From contig CAVNZM010000001.1 of the NCBI GenBank assembly GCA_963693365.1, positions 6,526,907-6,590,906 of the forward strand: a DNA stretch of 64,000 nucleotides. Reading direction: 5' to 3'. Of this stretch, positions 22,021-41,329 are shown piece after piece (positions within the stretch are counted from its first letter, which is position 1; each line of letters opens with the position of its first letter). The notes under the pieces were generated by a model. The model had not been told where the DNA came from. It was given only the letters and a program-made list of their open reading frames with translations, and made no database searches. The stretch comes from Amoebidium appalachense. Its lineage: Eukaryota > Protista > Ichthyosporea. The translations under genes and the position numbers were made by a program.

Positions 22021-22227
22021 GAGGAAGGGCGAACTTTAATGATGGCAAAACAGTCCACAGTGAGAGGAAGGACGAACTTTTCGGTGTTTTTTAGTGGGTA
22101 TGAAGGCGGAGGGAATGATGGCAAAACAGTCATTTGGGATGTCGTAGTGTGTACGTGGAAGTGTGCAGCAGTGTCTGCATTGGGAAGGGGGGGGGGGGGG
22201 AAGTGGTCAACCATTGGTGTAACTCTG

Positions 22228-22425
22228 GTGTAAGGGGGGAACGGCCTGAGTGTTGTGAGCACGAATTTGTGGCAGTGTAAACAGACGTCATGTGAACATA
22301 GTCATTTATTCAACAAGTCCTTTCGTGTGTAAGGGGGGAACGGCCTGAGTGTTGTGAGCACGAATTTGTGGCAGTGTAAACAGACGTCATGTGAACATAG
22401 TCATTTATTCAACAAGTCCTTTCGT
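22228..22425. repeat. Perfect tandem duplication, 2 x 99 bp, duplicating a minus-strand AATAAA downstream of the USP gene
   Basis: GTGTAAGGGGGAACGG...CATTTATTCAACAAGTCCTTTC at 22228 and 22327. Confidence 0.9.
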
Positions 22426-22732
22426 GGGACACCCATTTAAGGGGGAGCCGTCTCCAAACATCCCGCCTGTTTTCTAGGCAGGGAAAAAAACCCTCCTCCT
22501 AACCCCAGGCATTCATTAGGCCAACCCGTTTATCCAGAGGCATTAAAACGTCACACGGCCGTAAAACACTAAATAATATTCACATAACCTACATGGAGAC
22601 GTCCCATGACGTCTCACATGGGACGTCTCACTATCATCTGTGCAGTGTTGTTGCGATCGATTACGTATTGGTTTCGGGTCGTTACGGTTCATCGTTTGGT
22701 ATTTGATTCGGGTCGGTTGGCCCGATTCGGAT

Positions 22733-22982
22733 TTAGAGGGCCCCCTCCTGAATGGTCTGCTTGCGAATGACAAGGACGGGGCAGCCGCAGCTGTGGATGA
22801 CGTGGTCACTGACACTGCCGAGGATCGCCCTGTGATTGGTGGAAAGTCAGCAACCATCACACGGGATGAGATACAAAGCCACGACAGACCAGAGGAAGGT
22901 GGGTGGATGAGGGGGTGGGTAGGTGGGTGGAAGGGGGGGTAGATGAAGAGGTACCAGAGCAATGGGTGGAGAAGAGGGATGA

Positions 22983-23018
<36 letters not shown>

Positions 23019-25378
23019 GGGATTGCTGAGTAAAGAAAGCAGGGAAGGCAGCGAAGGTAGATGGAGGTATTTTATAGGCGGGTACTCTAACTGCAAGCAG
23101 TAAGATTGGTTTAAGAGGAATGTGAAACGGGGGTTATTGGGGACAGAGGTAAAAGGCAAAACGGGGCGGGCGGGGCGGGGAGGGGGGGGGGGGGGGGGGG
23201 GGATTCGAAGGGGAGTGAGGGAAGGGGGGTGGGGGGTTTGATGTGTGGGCAACAGGTATGGAAAGATGAAGATATCGAGAAGGGAAGAGAGAAGGGGGGA
23301 AATGGGCATAGGTCAGGAGAATGCGGAATGGAATGGGTTGATTGTTGTGGTTTTTGAGGTGGTGTTGGTTTGTGGGGGGAGGGTGGGGTGGGTGGGTTGG
23401 TGGGGGGGAGGGGGGGGGGCTTAGTACCTCTTGAGGGTGCCACGGCCACGGCTGCCGATGATGACCAGCTCCATCTCGTTGTCGTCAGCAAAGTGCACAA
23501 TCTCCTCACGGGGGTCACCGTGCATCAGCTCAATGTGGTAGGGCAGCTGTGTGTGTGTGTGTGTTGACCGAGGGAAGGGAGGGGAGGGGAGGGGAAAGGT
23601 AAGTAAAAAGCAATTACAGGCTGCCGAGTAAAGGAGCAAATAAAGAGCTGGGGGGCCGGGGGGCCCCCGGGGGGGGGGGGGGGGGGGGGGTTGAAGCACG
23701 AAGCCGTTTTATTGATGGGGAAAAAAGAAAGCAAACACGGGTGGGGGGAGTGCTAAATTGCACAGGAAGAAGCACTACATGCAGTAGCCAAGAATAGTTA
23801 CTTGTCTTGGGAGAGGGACAGGGAGTGCTAAATTGCACAGGAAGAAGCATTACATGCAGTAGCCAAGAATAGTTTAGCCAAGAATAGTTACTTGTCTTGG
23901 GAGAGACGAAGCACTACATGCAGTAGCCAAGAATAGTTACCTGTCTTGGGATAGTGAGGAGACTGGGACTACAGATTCATGAATGGCAACACAAAGGAAA
24001 GTGCAGAGCTTACAAAAGCTGTGCATTGCAACTACAGATTCATGAATGGCAACACAAAGGAAAGTGCAGAGCTTACAAAAGCTGTGCATTGCAACCAAAG
24101 CTTGTCCTCAGGAGACATTAGTCACCCACAGTACAGTACCCGAGTCTCGGCCAATTCACCTGTCAACCAAACTCACCTCGGGAAGAAGGGAGCAGGGGTA
24201 GGGTTGGGGTGTGTGTGTTTTGGGGGGGGGAAGGGAAGGGGGGGGGGGGGGGAGAGCATACGTTGATGGCACGGACAGGCTCGGCCAATTCCTCGACCAT
24301 TGCCTTGCAGCTGGCAACAAACTCCTTCTTCTCACGTGCAAGGTAGTCCCCATCCATGGAGGTGGCACCCATGATGGTGGCGGCAGCAGGCTCCTTGTAT
24401 GACTGGAGAGGAAGGGGGGTGGGTAAGTATGTGTGCTTGCCTATGTCTAGGTAAGAAATGTCTTAACAAGAGAGAGAGGAAGCAGACGTGAGGGAGATAT
24501 CCTGAGTATGGAAAGCCTGAGCCTGGGAGATGACCAAGAGCAAGCAACAACCAAAAAATTCTTAATTAGGAGACGGGCTGGGTGTGAGGAGGGATGGCAA
24601 AGAGGAAAGGGGCTGGCAGAGGGGCTAGAAAGGGGGTGGCCCACAAGCTTTAAGACCGGGTTAGGATCGGGACGAGGCGGAAACACATGCCTTGCTGATT
24701 AATAACTGCTGAAAACACATGAATCAATTTGTTCCCTGAAAACACATGAATCAATTTGTTCCCGAAATAACATAACAAGGGAATAACATGAAAGAGACTT
24801 ACCATGAAGAGCGTCACATGGTCATCGTTGCGGAGAATATGCTTGGCGGCCCACTGTATGATTTGAGAGGGAAGAAAATGGATGGAGGGAAGGAGAGGGA
24901 GTGGGGTAGTTGAGGGAGGGACCAGAGGGGGAGAAGGAGGTGGCTTGGGAAGAAAAGGGGGAGGAGAGGTGAGGGAGATTGAGGGGTGGTTGGGGCTGAG
25001 ATAGGGGAGGAATGGAGGGTGGTGATGGCGGTGGGGGGAAGGGGGGGGGGGGGGGGGGGGGGGGGGGGAGGGGGGGGATTAATTAGTAATTGTTCTCGTC
25101 TCCTTACCTCTCTTCTTACCCCCGTCTGTGAACACCTGAAAATGAAGAAAACGCAGAAACTAAAGGGGAAAACAAATATCGCAGAAACTAAAGGGGAAAA
25201 CAAATATAAACTACTCGCTTCCCTACATTTTCCCTGCCCATCAGCCAACCTACTACAAATTTGGGAGGGGCAAGCTGATAAAAAAGGGTAAGGTTACCTT
25301 GACGGCAAGGGTGCTATCCTGAGAACCATCCACGCAGATCATGATCTTGCGGTGATGGGGCTGGGCGGCGGTAGACAT
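22733..25378 (-). CDS. Universal stress protein (UspA domain), 5 exons, 162 aa
   Basis: Exons 25378-25298, 24853-24803, 24402-24262, 23546-23428, 22829-22733, all GT-AG and in phase. Protein: MSTAAQPHHRKIMICVDGSQDSTLAVKWAA...GDPREEIVHFADDNEMELVIIGSRGRGTLKRAILGSVSDHVIHSCGCPVLVIR, including the G-2x-G-9x-GS ATP-binding motif. Confidence 0.93.
23691..24200 (-). mobile_element. Divergent copy or subfamily of the poly-C-associated retroelement, with internal tandem duplications, in USP intron 3
   Basis: The minus strand retains GGTGAATTGGCCGAGACTCGGGTACTGT...CCTGAGGA...ATGCAC...TGCACT...GTGTTGCC and ends CTTCGTGCTTCAA + poly-C. Internal duplications of 63 bp and ~74 bp. Confidence 0.55.
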
Positions 25379-25470
25379 TTTATGTTTTGCAAAAGGAGTG
25401 AAAACCTCACAAACAGGCTTGAACTGAGGGGATGAGAGGAAAGAACGTGGCCGACTGCGGCGCATGGCTG

Positions 25471-25526
25471 CTATTTATACCCTCCGGCGATTTCTTCTGA
25501 GCAACGGCTACGTGTTGCCGATTGGC
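25471..25526 (-). promoter_or_regulatory. TATA and CCAAT boxes upstream of the USP gene
   Basis: Minus-strand GTATAAATAG ~95 bp upstream of the ATG, and CCAATC ~45 bp further upstream. Confidence 0.5.
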
Positions 25527-26974
25527 TGGCTCACATTGGTGAGCCATTATGTCAGTGCAGCTCGCTGCAAGCCTGCTATCGTATATAATAAGTTTATGTC
25601 TCTACTTGTATCCAATTTGAAGGGTATTATCTTTACAAAAATAATTGGTTTTTTGCATTATCCTTCTTGTGTGTTGAAGTTCTGATCCTCCTGCGGCCCT
25701 CCAGCACTATTACGACAGCCACGAAACTGATTGGTGGTTAAAGGATATATTCTTTGAGCGAAGCAATTTGTTCGTAATTGGGCTGAATATGCAAACAAAA
25801 TTAGAGGGCACGTTATCGCTTTATTGCTCAAAGCTGACACACAAGACTCCAAAAAGGACTTTGCGCTTATACTACGAACGTACCTGAATGCTGGGTTTGG
25901 TGGACTACTGAGAAATCCACGGCGATTGGTTGAAGTAGAGAATTGAGACAACAAGAAGAAGCCATTTTTATTTTTACACCTTCGCGTTTAACGTTGTGGA
26001 AGCTTCCAGGTGGCAATGGAAGGGAGCACTGGCCGGCAAGGTCCATAGTGCAAAGATGGTTTCGCGATGATTTTTTGCGCAATAGACCTATGAGTGTAGG
26101 TTCTTTATGGAAGGAATCCGTTATTTAACTTCTTTTTATTGATTAAACCCAACATTATGTTACAGAATTCGTCAAGTGGCTCAAAAACCCTCAAGAATTT
26201 CCGAGATCACAGGCATGCATAGGCTTTGCCCGTTATGAGCCACACGTGGCCACCCAAACGTTACCAAAAAAGGCTATGCGTTAAAGCAACCTAAGATATG
26301 ATTGGCTGTCTGCTCGCAAAACCCTGTTTGCGTAACGGAAACAGACAGGCCACGTTTTCTTATACTACTGTGACACCAACGTTTTCGAAGATCTTACGCT
26401 ACAAAGGATTGAACACACCAGACCGTTCTCCGGCGGTCTGGCAAGGTGACTCACCTTTCCAGCTCCAAGGGGAACTCTACAGAAGTAAAAGGTTTGCTAC
26501 GTGCTGGCAGTCTGTTATTCTTCCAAAGCTTCTCAAACGATCTCGTGGTTCTCCATGGTTCTCATTCAGTTCGCTCAACTTCCACAACTTTATCTCCTAA
26601 CCACGCCGGGGTCCGGGCTGCCGGGATGATCCATTCTCAATGTTACAATCACTCACCCAACCACCCCTTCCTACACGCATTGTTCCTTAACCCACCCACC
26701 CACCCACCACCCACCATTTTCCGTTCCTGACAACCTGTTGATCCTCGGACCCTCTTGTCTACAAGGCTGCAGGTACAAACACCCGCACAGTGTTGAGTCC
26801 ATTTCCACCAGATAGGGGCTTTTATGTGGAGCGGCACCAGGCAAACATTTACAGAACTTGTAGATATGGAATGAGGAGCCACTAGCTTGCCTTATAGTAG
26901 TAGGTATGTGTGTCTGGGATGGAGTGCACTTGTGAGTAGGATAGAGGATCTGTGCGAGCTAGGAAGGGGGGGGA

Positions 26975-27012
<38 letters not shown>

Positions 27013-28360
27013 TGGGGGGGGGGGGGATGGGGGGCCCTCGAGATGAACCATGGGCAGAGGGCTAGCGGGAAACAATCGAAAGAGAGAGCGGTCTAGAATA
27101 CGAGAAGGTTGCCAGTGAGGCTGAGGAAACCTTCACCCGAGTCGAGTAGGGCTTAGGGAGGACATGTGATGAGGGCACGGAGAGAGAGACAGAGAAGAGA
27201 GAAGGGGGACGACAGAGAGGGAGGGGGGGGGGGGGGGGGGAGGGAGGGAGGGAGGGAGAGGGAGAGAGAGAGGAGAGAGAGAGAGAGAGAGCCTATCCTC
27301 CCTGCTTTGTATAGGTACATCACGTTAGCCCCCTGTACCCTCACTTCTAATATCTTAGCAGTCGGCCTTTTAGGCATTTCTTGGGAGCACATCGCTCCTC
27401 CCTAATACACAACTATTCACATCACCAGTTCAGATCCTTTCTCGTACCACCATTATTCCTTTACCTGCGCGCTTTGCAATACTGGTAAGGGCTTCCCAAG
27501 GGTGCTGGGTAGCAGGGGGGAGGGGAAGGGGGAGGGAGGTGGGGAGAGGGGGGGAGGGGGGGGGCGGGAGAGACATACAAAATGACACACACAGCGAGAG
27601 AGAGAGAGAGAGAGAGAGACTTGGGCAAACACACACAAACACATCTTTCAGAGAGAGAGAGAGAGAGAGAGAGAGACTCGGGCAAACACAAACAAACACA
27701 TCTTCCCCAGTGTCGCAGCTAGATTGTCATTATTCTTGGTGAAAAGGTGTTTATTAGCTCAGAGACAAGTATTAGCTCAGAGACAAGTCTGTGGTGTGGT
27801 GTGGCCTTTACTCTTTACACCTGTAGAGTGTTATATCTAGTGCAGATTTACAGACGACATGTCTCTCTTCATGTCTTTGCCTGTGTGTGGACGCAGGGGG
27901 AGAGGGGGGGGTATATCATGTCATGTGGGATAAAATAATCAAGAACATGTGGCTGTGTGGGAGGGGCCCCGGGGGGGGGGGAGGGGGAGGAGGGGGGGGG
28001 AATGGGGGGAATACTGTATGTAATTAGTGTTGGGGAGAGACATTCAAGAGTGGACAGGAGGCAGGTGGAAGTGGGGGTAGGGGGGCATCTTTTCATTTTC
28101 TACAGAGGCCAACGATGGTGGTTAATGTTTTTTTTTTTTGAGGAGGGGGGGGGGGGGGGGGGGGGATGGTTGCTTGGGTTGTACAACAGAGCACAGAAAC
28201 CCGGGGGGAAGGGGGGAAGGGAAGGGGGGGTCCGTCCCGCATCATGATTCACTGAATGGTGGCAATTGAGCTCAGGTAGAGGTGTTTTTTTTTTGTTGTT
28301 TGTTTTTTTTTTTGAGGGGGGAGGTGTTTTTTTTTTTTTTTTGGAGGGGGGAGGTGAGGG

Positions 28361-28397
<37 letters not shown>

Positions 28398-28888
28398 CTT
28401 CCGGGTTCGTTGCATATGCAGGACAAAAAGTTCGAAGTAGTGGGTTGGGGATCTTGGTAGGATATAATGTTGTTGGGGGGGTGAGGCGAGGGGGGCAGGT
28501 TACATGCAACAAAACACATGGGTGGTGGTGTTGGGGGGGAGGGGAGGGGGGAGGGTTCCGTTGTATGCTTGCTGACTAAACATAGGGAGAGTGTCTTTTG
28601 ACAATAACATTGTTCCTTATGATGTGCGACAGAACACAAACGAGCTCGAGGGGGGGGGAGGGGGGGGGGGGGGGGGGGGGGGGGGAGGGCTTCAATTGCC
28701 CTTGTGTACGCAACTGTTAATTACCATGCCGAGGCAGTCCGTTGCGTCCATGCAACACCGCGGCAACAGAAGTTCAGAATCCAATATATATGGTGGGCTA
28801 GGGTTTTATGGAACACAGACGGGGTTGCGAGACAACATATGGACTCTCCATGGAACATATGGTGTTCGGCGAGATAGCACAGAAGCAT

Positions 28889-28941
<53 letters not shown>

Positions 28942-29801
28942 GGGATGGGATTCAAACGTTAACAGATGCCATAAATGAAGGGGGGGGGAGGGGGGCATGA
29001 AAATACTATTGAACGGTAACGTTGGACGTCAACATTGTGCAGGGGAAAGCATATGTGCGTTCACAGTTCGAATTCACGCATACCGTGATATAAGTTTAAA
29101 TTTTGTGTGCGTGTGTGTGTGACGTTTGTGTGACACGTGTGTGTGTGTATATATGTTGGGGGGGGGGGGGAAGGGAGCGGGGCAAAAAATTTCACAGCGC
29201 ATGGTATGGATCAACATATCAAGCATGTTCAGGCCCTGGGGTCTCTGAGACGGTACTCGTGTGTCTGCATGAAAGCATGCTGGATCATGAACGTTTATTG
29301 TCAGCAAACCAATAGAAACCAGCAAAGAAATACTTGCATTCCCATATATGGCAAACACTATTGTTAGGGCACACCATACCTGCAATAAGCAAACCTTGAA
29401 TCGTATGTCAACTACACATGTAAGCAATGGACAACAAATAAGAGGCATAATGGGTCCCTGGGTGGGTGGCATGATAAAACATGTGTGCAACATTGAGCAT
29501 ATTATCTATCAACCATTAGTGACTAATAAATAAAAAACGAACAACACGGAAATGTTTGCGATATAATCATTAACAGAACAAAGAAACGGAGAAAGGAAAC
29601 AAAGATTCACGACTCTGCTCGAGAACGTCTACAGACTACATGTCACGTTAATGTTTTCCCTGTGTAAACCCTTTTCTGTTATATACTTGATCAGAACACT
29701 GTTCCGTCAAACTGTGTGTATCATATTTAAAGAGCTATATGAAATGAGTAATGTGTTCGTGCAAGAGTGGGTTATTGATATTCTTAAAGTAGACACACAC
29801 A

Positions 29802-37826
<8,025 letters not shown>

Positions 37827-38159
37827 GGTTCCTTTCGGCCTTTACCAAGGCAAACAATTAATAAACCCTAGTTTGAGTTAGTAAAACGACTGCTTGAAGT
37901 TGCTACAAAGGCACGTTTGATCAATAAAAGCAAAGAGAGCACGAAAAACTGCGTTTTGTGTTGGGGTAACGTCCGAGATATTTTTGATCGTTCCTCTCTA
38001 GAGTCTTTACTTGATAACTTAACGGGTAGGTAGCGGAGGGAAATATTGGATTGATTATGAAGCAAAATGGAGGATGCTATGAAAGAGGTTAGAATTATTC
38101 GAGGAAGTGGTACTGTTCCTGAAACCGTGTAACCAAGCAAAGTGGGCGGTGCGGACGAT

Positions 38160-38248
38160 GCTGATTGGTGGGTTTTTGCGTAGGTATGAACTTTTCTATT
38201 TGATTGGTGGAGATTTCAAATTCCCAGGTCTAACGGCTTTGATTGGGC
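38160..38248 (-). promoter_or_regulatory. Three CCAAT boxes upstream of Rab1
   Basis: TGATTGG at ~38162, ~38201 and ~38240 (CCAATCA on the Rab1 strand); two have identical TGATTGGTGG context. Confidence 0.45.
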
Positions 38249-38539
38249 CACCTGATCGGTTTACCAGTTTCACTTTCATCAACTCGTGGATATTTGGCCC
38301 AGCTGTAAAAGACAACATATGAAAGATAGTAAATTCATAGGTTGAAAATTCTGTTTTTATAGAAAATATATCGAACACCTTTGGTTCACTGTTTGTCAAT
38401 TATTTGTGGGATGGAGCAGGACCACACGAATCGATGATATCACGCCAATCGCTTTAGCCTGTACTTGGCGCGCGATTTGAAATCGTTCGAACACCAAAGT
38501 CCCGCAGGCTTGCATTTGCCGAGCGGAACTGCCAACTTG

Positions 38540-38757
<218 letters not shown>

Positions 38758-39339
38758 GTCATCTGCCCCTATCGCAGTCCGTATGATGTGTCACAGCATC
38801 TAAGCACTAATATAACGTTGTAAGAGCTGCAACAAGCGAGTTCAACAGAACCTAACGAAGGCCTAGCATTGCCCTCCCCCCTCCCACCTCTGGCGGGCCC
38901 CTCCCCCCCCCCCCCCCCCCCCTCCCCCCCCCTCTCGGCCCCTCAACCCCTCGGCCCTAGCCTGCCCAGTGCCCGCCCCGGCTCCCCGGGTTTCTTCCCC
39001 CTTTCCCCCTTCACCCGGGCCTCGACCCCTGCCCCCCCCCGAGCTCGAGTCTGAACAGTTATAATGCTCCCCCCCGCTCCCCGCTCCCCCCTTCCCCTCG
39101 CCCGCGCCTTATTACATAGTAGTGGCAGCCTCCTGCCCCCCGGCCTCTAGTGTTCTCTCTCCCTCTGTCTCCATCTCTTCTTCCCCACCTTCCCCAGAGT
39201 CTCCCCGCGCCTTATTAGTAGTGGCAGCCTTCGTCCCTTCCGCCTCTAGTCTCTCTTCCTCTGTCTCCCTCTCTCCCTTCCCCCCTCCCCCTCCCTCTCC
39301 CTCCCTCTCTCCCTCTCCCCCAATTTCTCTTGCTCTTAG

Positions 39340-39407
<68 letters not shown>

Positions 39408-40431
39408 CCCCCCCCCCCCCCCCTCTCCCCCTCTCTCTCCCTCTCCCTCTCTCTCTACCTCCCTGCCTCTATCTTTAGTCTCTCTCTCTCTCTCTCCCTT
39501 TCTCTCTCTCTCTCTCTCTCTCTCACTCCCTCCCTTCCTCTCTCTCTCTCCCCCCCCCCCCCTCTCTATCTCCCTCTCTCCCTCTCTCTCTCCCTCTCTA
39601 TATTATATGTCCTCTCTCTCTCCCTGTCCCTCTCTCCCTCTCACTATATATATCCTCTCTCTCTCCCTCTCCCTCTCTCTCTTTAGCTTTCTCTCTGTCT
39701 CCCAAACAATACATGCAAACACTCTCGCGCGCACGCACGCACACACTCTCGCACGCACTCATACACACACACACACCCTAATACACCTGCGTGCGCGCAC
39801 GCAAGCACGCGAACGCACGCATGCCTGTTATCTTTATGTTCACCCACGTACGTACATAAGGGATTTTACCAAAAAAAATTGATCTAAAGTTTTTTAAAAG
39901 TTTTTTCTTGTTTTTTCGTGATCGCTTGAGCAGATCAAACTGTTTTGCTGGTATCTCAGTGTACGTGTGCAGGGGGTATAACAACACACTAACTGTGAAA
40001 ACTTGGTGCATTTTGGTTGAACGGTTCCCAAGTTATTACATTTTTAATTTTTTGAAACGTGCATAACGGTCATGATGCTCAAACCTGCATAACGTTATAC
40101 AATTTAACTTCGTTTAATTGTAAATTTGCCTCAAAAAATGCGTTAAAGTGCCTTACATGCGGGCATAACACGATATGATAATAATCTGTGCGACATAAGG
40201 GCATATCCGCGTGGAGGCACACAAACACACAAATAGCACACACTGCACAACTTTTGTAGGGTACACACTGTGCATCAGTGCGGCAGCCTGTGCCGTGGAA
40301 AAAACCAGCAGGGCAGAAGTGACCGACCATTAATTTGGAGGGCGCGCATGCAGAACACTGTTTCGGGGGCAGCACCTCAGTGATAGGGTGTTCCCGGATT
40401 CCTGAGCCCATGAATGCGTGAAGTAGGAGAT

Positions 40432-40645
40432 CCGGGAAGTAGAAAACGGGAAGAAGCCGGGAAGTAGAAAGGAAGCGGGAAGTAGGAGGGAAGCGGGGGA
40501 AGCGGGAAGCGGGAAGTGAGGCGAAATGAACGGGAAACAACGGGAAGTAGGAAAAGCGATCCCATTGGCTCACATAAAATCAATGACGTTAATGACGTTA
40601 TTATGACGTCATTCGGCTCCTGGCGTGGCAATCGCCGTATATATA
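40432..40645 (+). promoter_or_regulatory. Promoter-like motif cluster
   Basis: About 8 (C)GGGAAG repeats (40432-40550), CATTGG, three TGACGT motifs including TGACGTCA (40583-40611), and TATATAT at 40638. Confidence 0.35.
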
Positions 40646-41329
40646 TCCAAAAACATCTTCTGTGGCCCCCCCACCAAAATAACCGACTTCGAAAGAGGCA
40701 CAGCGATGAAATAAAAAATAAAACAACAAGTGACCAAAGGACACCAGCGGGCAAAGGTACAAGTGCCCTTGAAAACCCGCAGAAGCTGTCTCTAACTCTT
40801 TGATAAGGACGGTGGCCTAGTTGTGGCAGGACACACAGGAAAACACAACTACAGAATGCATGCAAGCAAACCCAGTCACTGCCATACTGCTGAAGGCTGA
40901 AAACACGGCAGCCACAAGGAAAGCTCCTCGACGACCCAGTAGCTACCCCTCCACTCACGCAGCGCAGAAGCAGTTGAAGAAGTTGCAGCAGCCCACCGCC
41001 AATAGCTCGCGTAGAAGCGTAGGTAGAAGTCACCGTAAGTTGCAGTGGGCCACCACTGCAGATGTCGAAGAAACCACTCCTCAAGCGAGAAACTCCGCGG
41101 AAGAGAGATGTCCCCACACTCTCACAACAGTAGGAATAGACAAGGCCGCACTACACACACACAGTGTCACGTTCCCCTGTCAGTGAGTGGAACCCCTTCC
41201 CACCACAAAAAGAAAAAAACGAAAGCCTTTATATACCGGTGCCTGCCATGGTGAAGAATCGGGAAAAAAGGTAATCAGAAACATGGCACAAGTAAGGGTA
41301 TCTGATGTAAGACTATCAGTACACTCTAT

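Noticed and set aside
25658-26128. Non-repetitive ORFs upstream of USP
   Set aside because: No recognisable motif, and stops interrupt any long frame; possibly decayed TE sequence.
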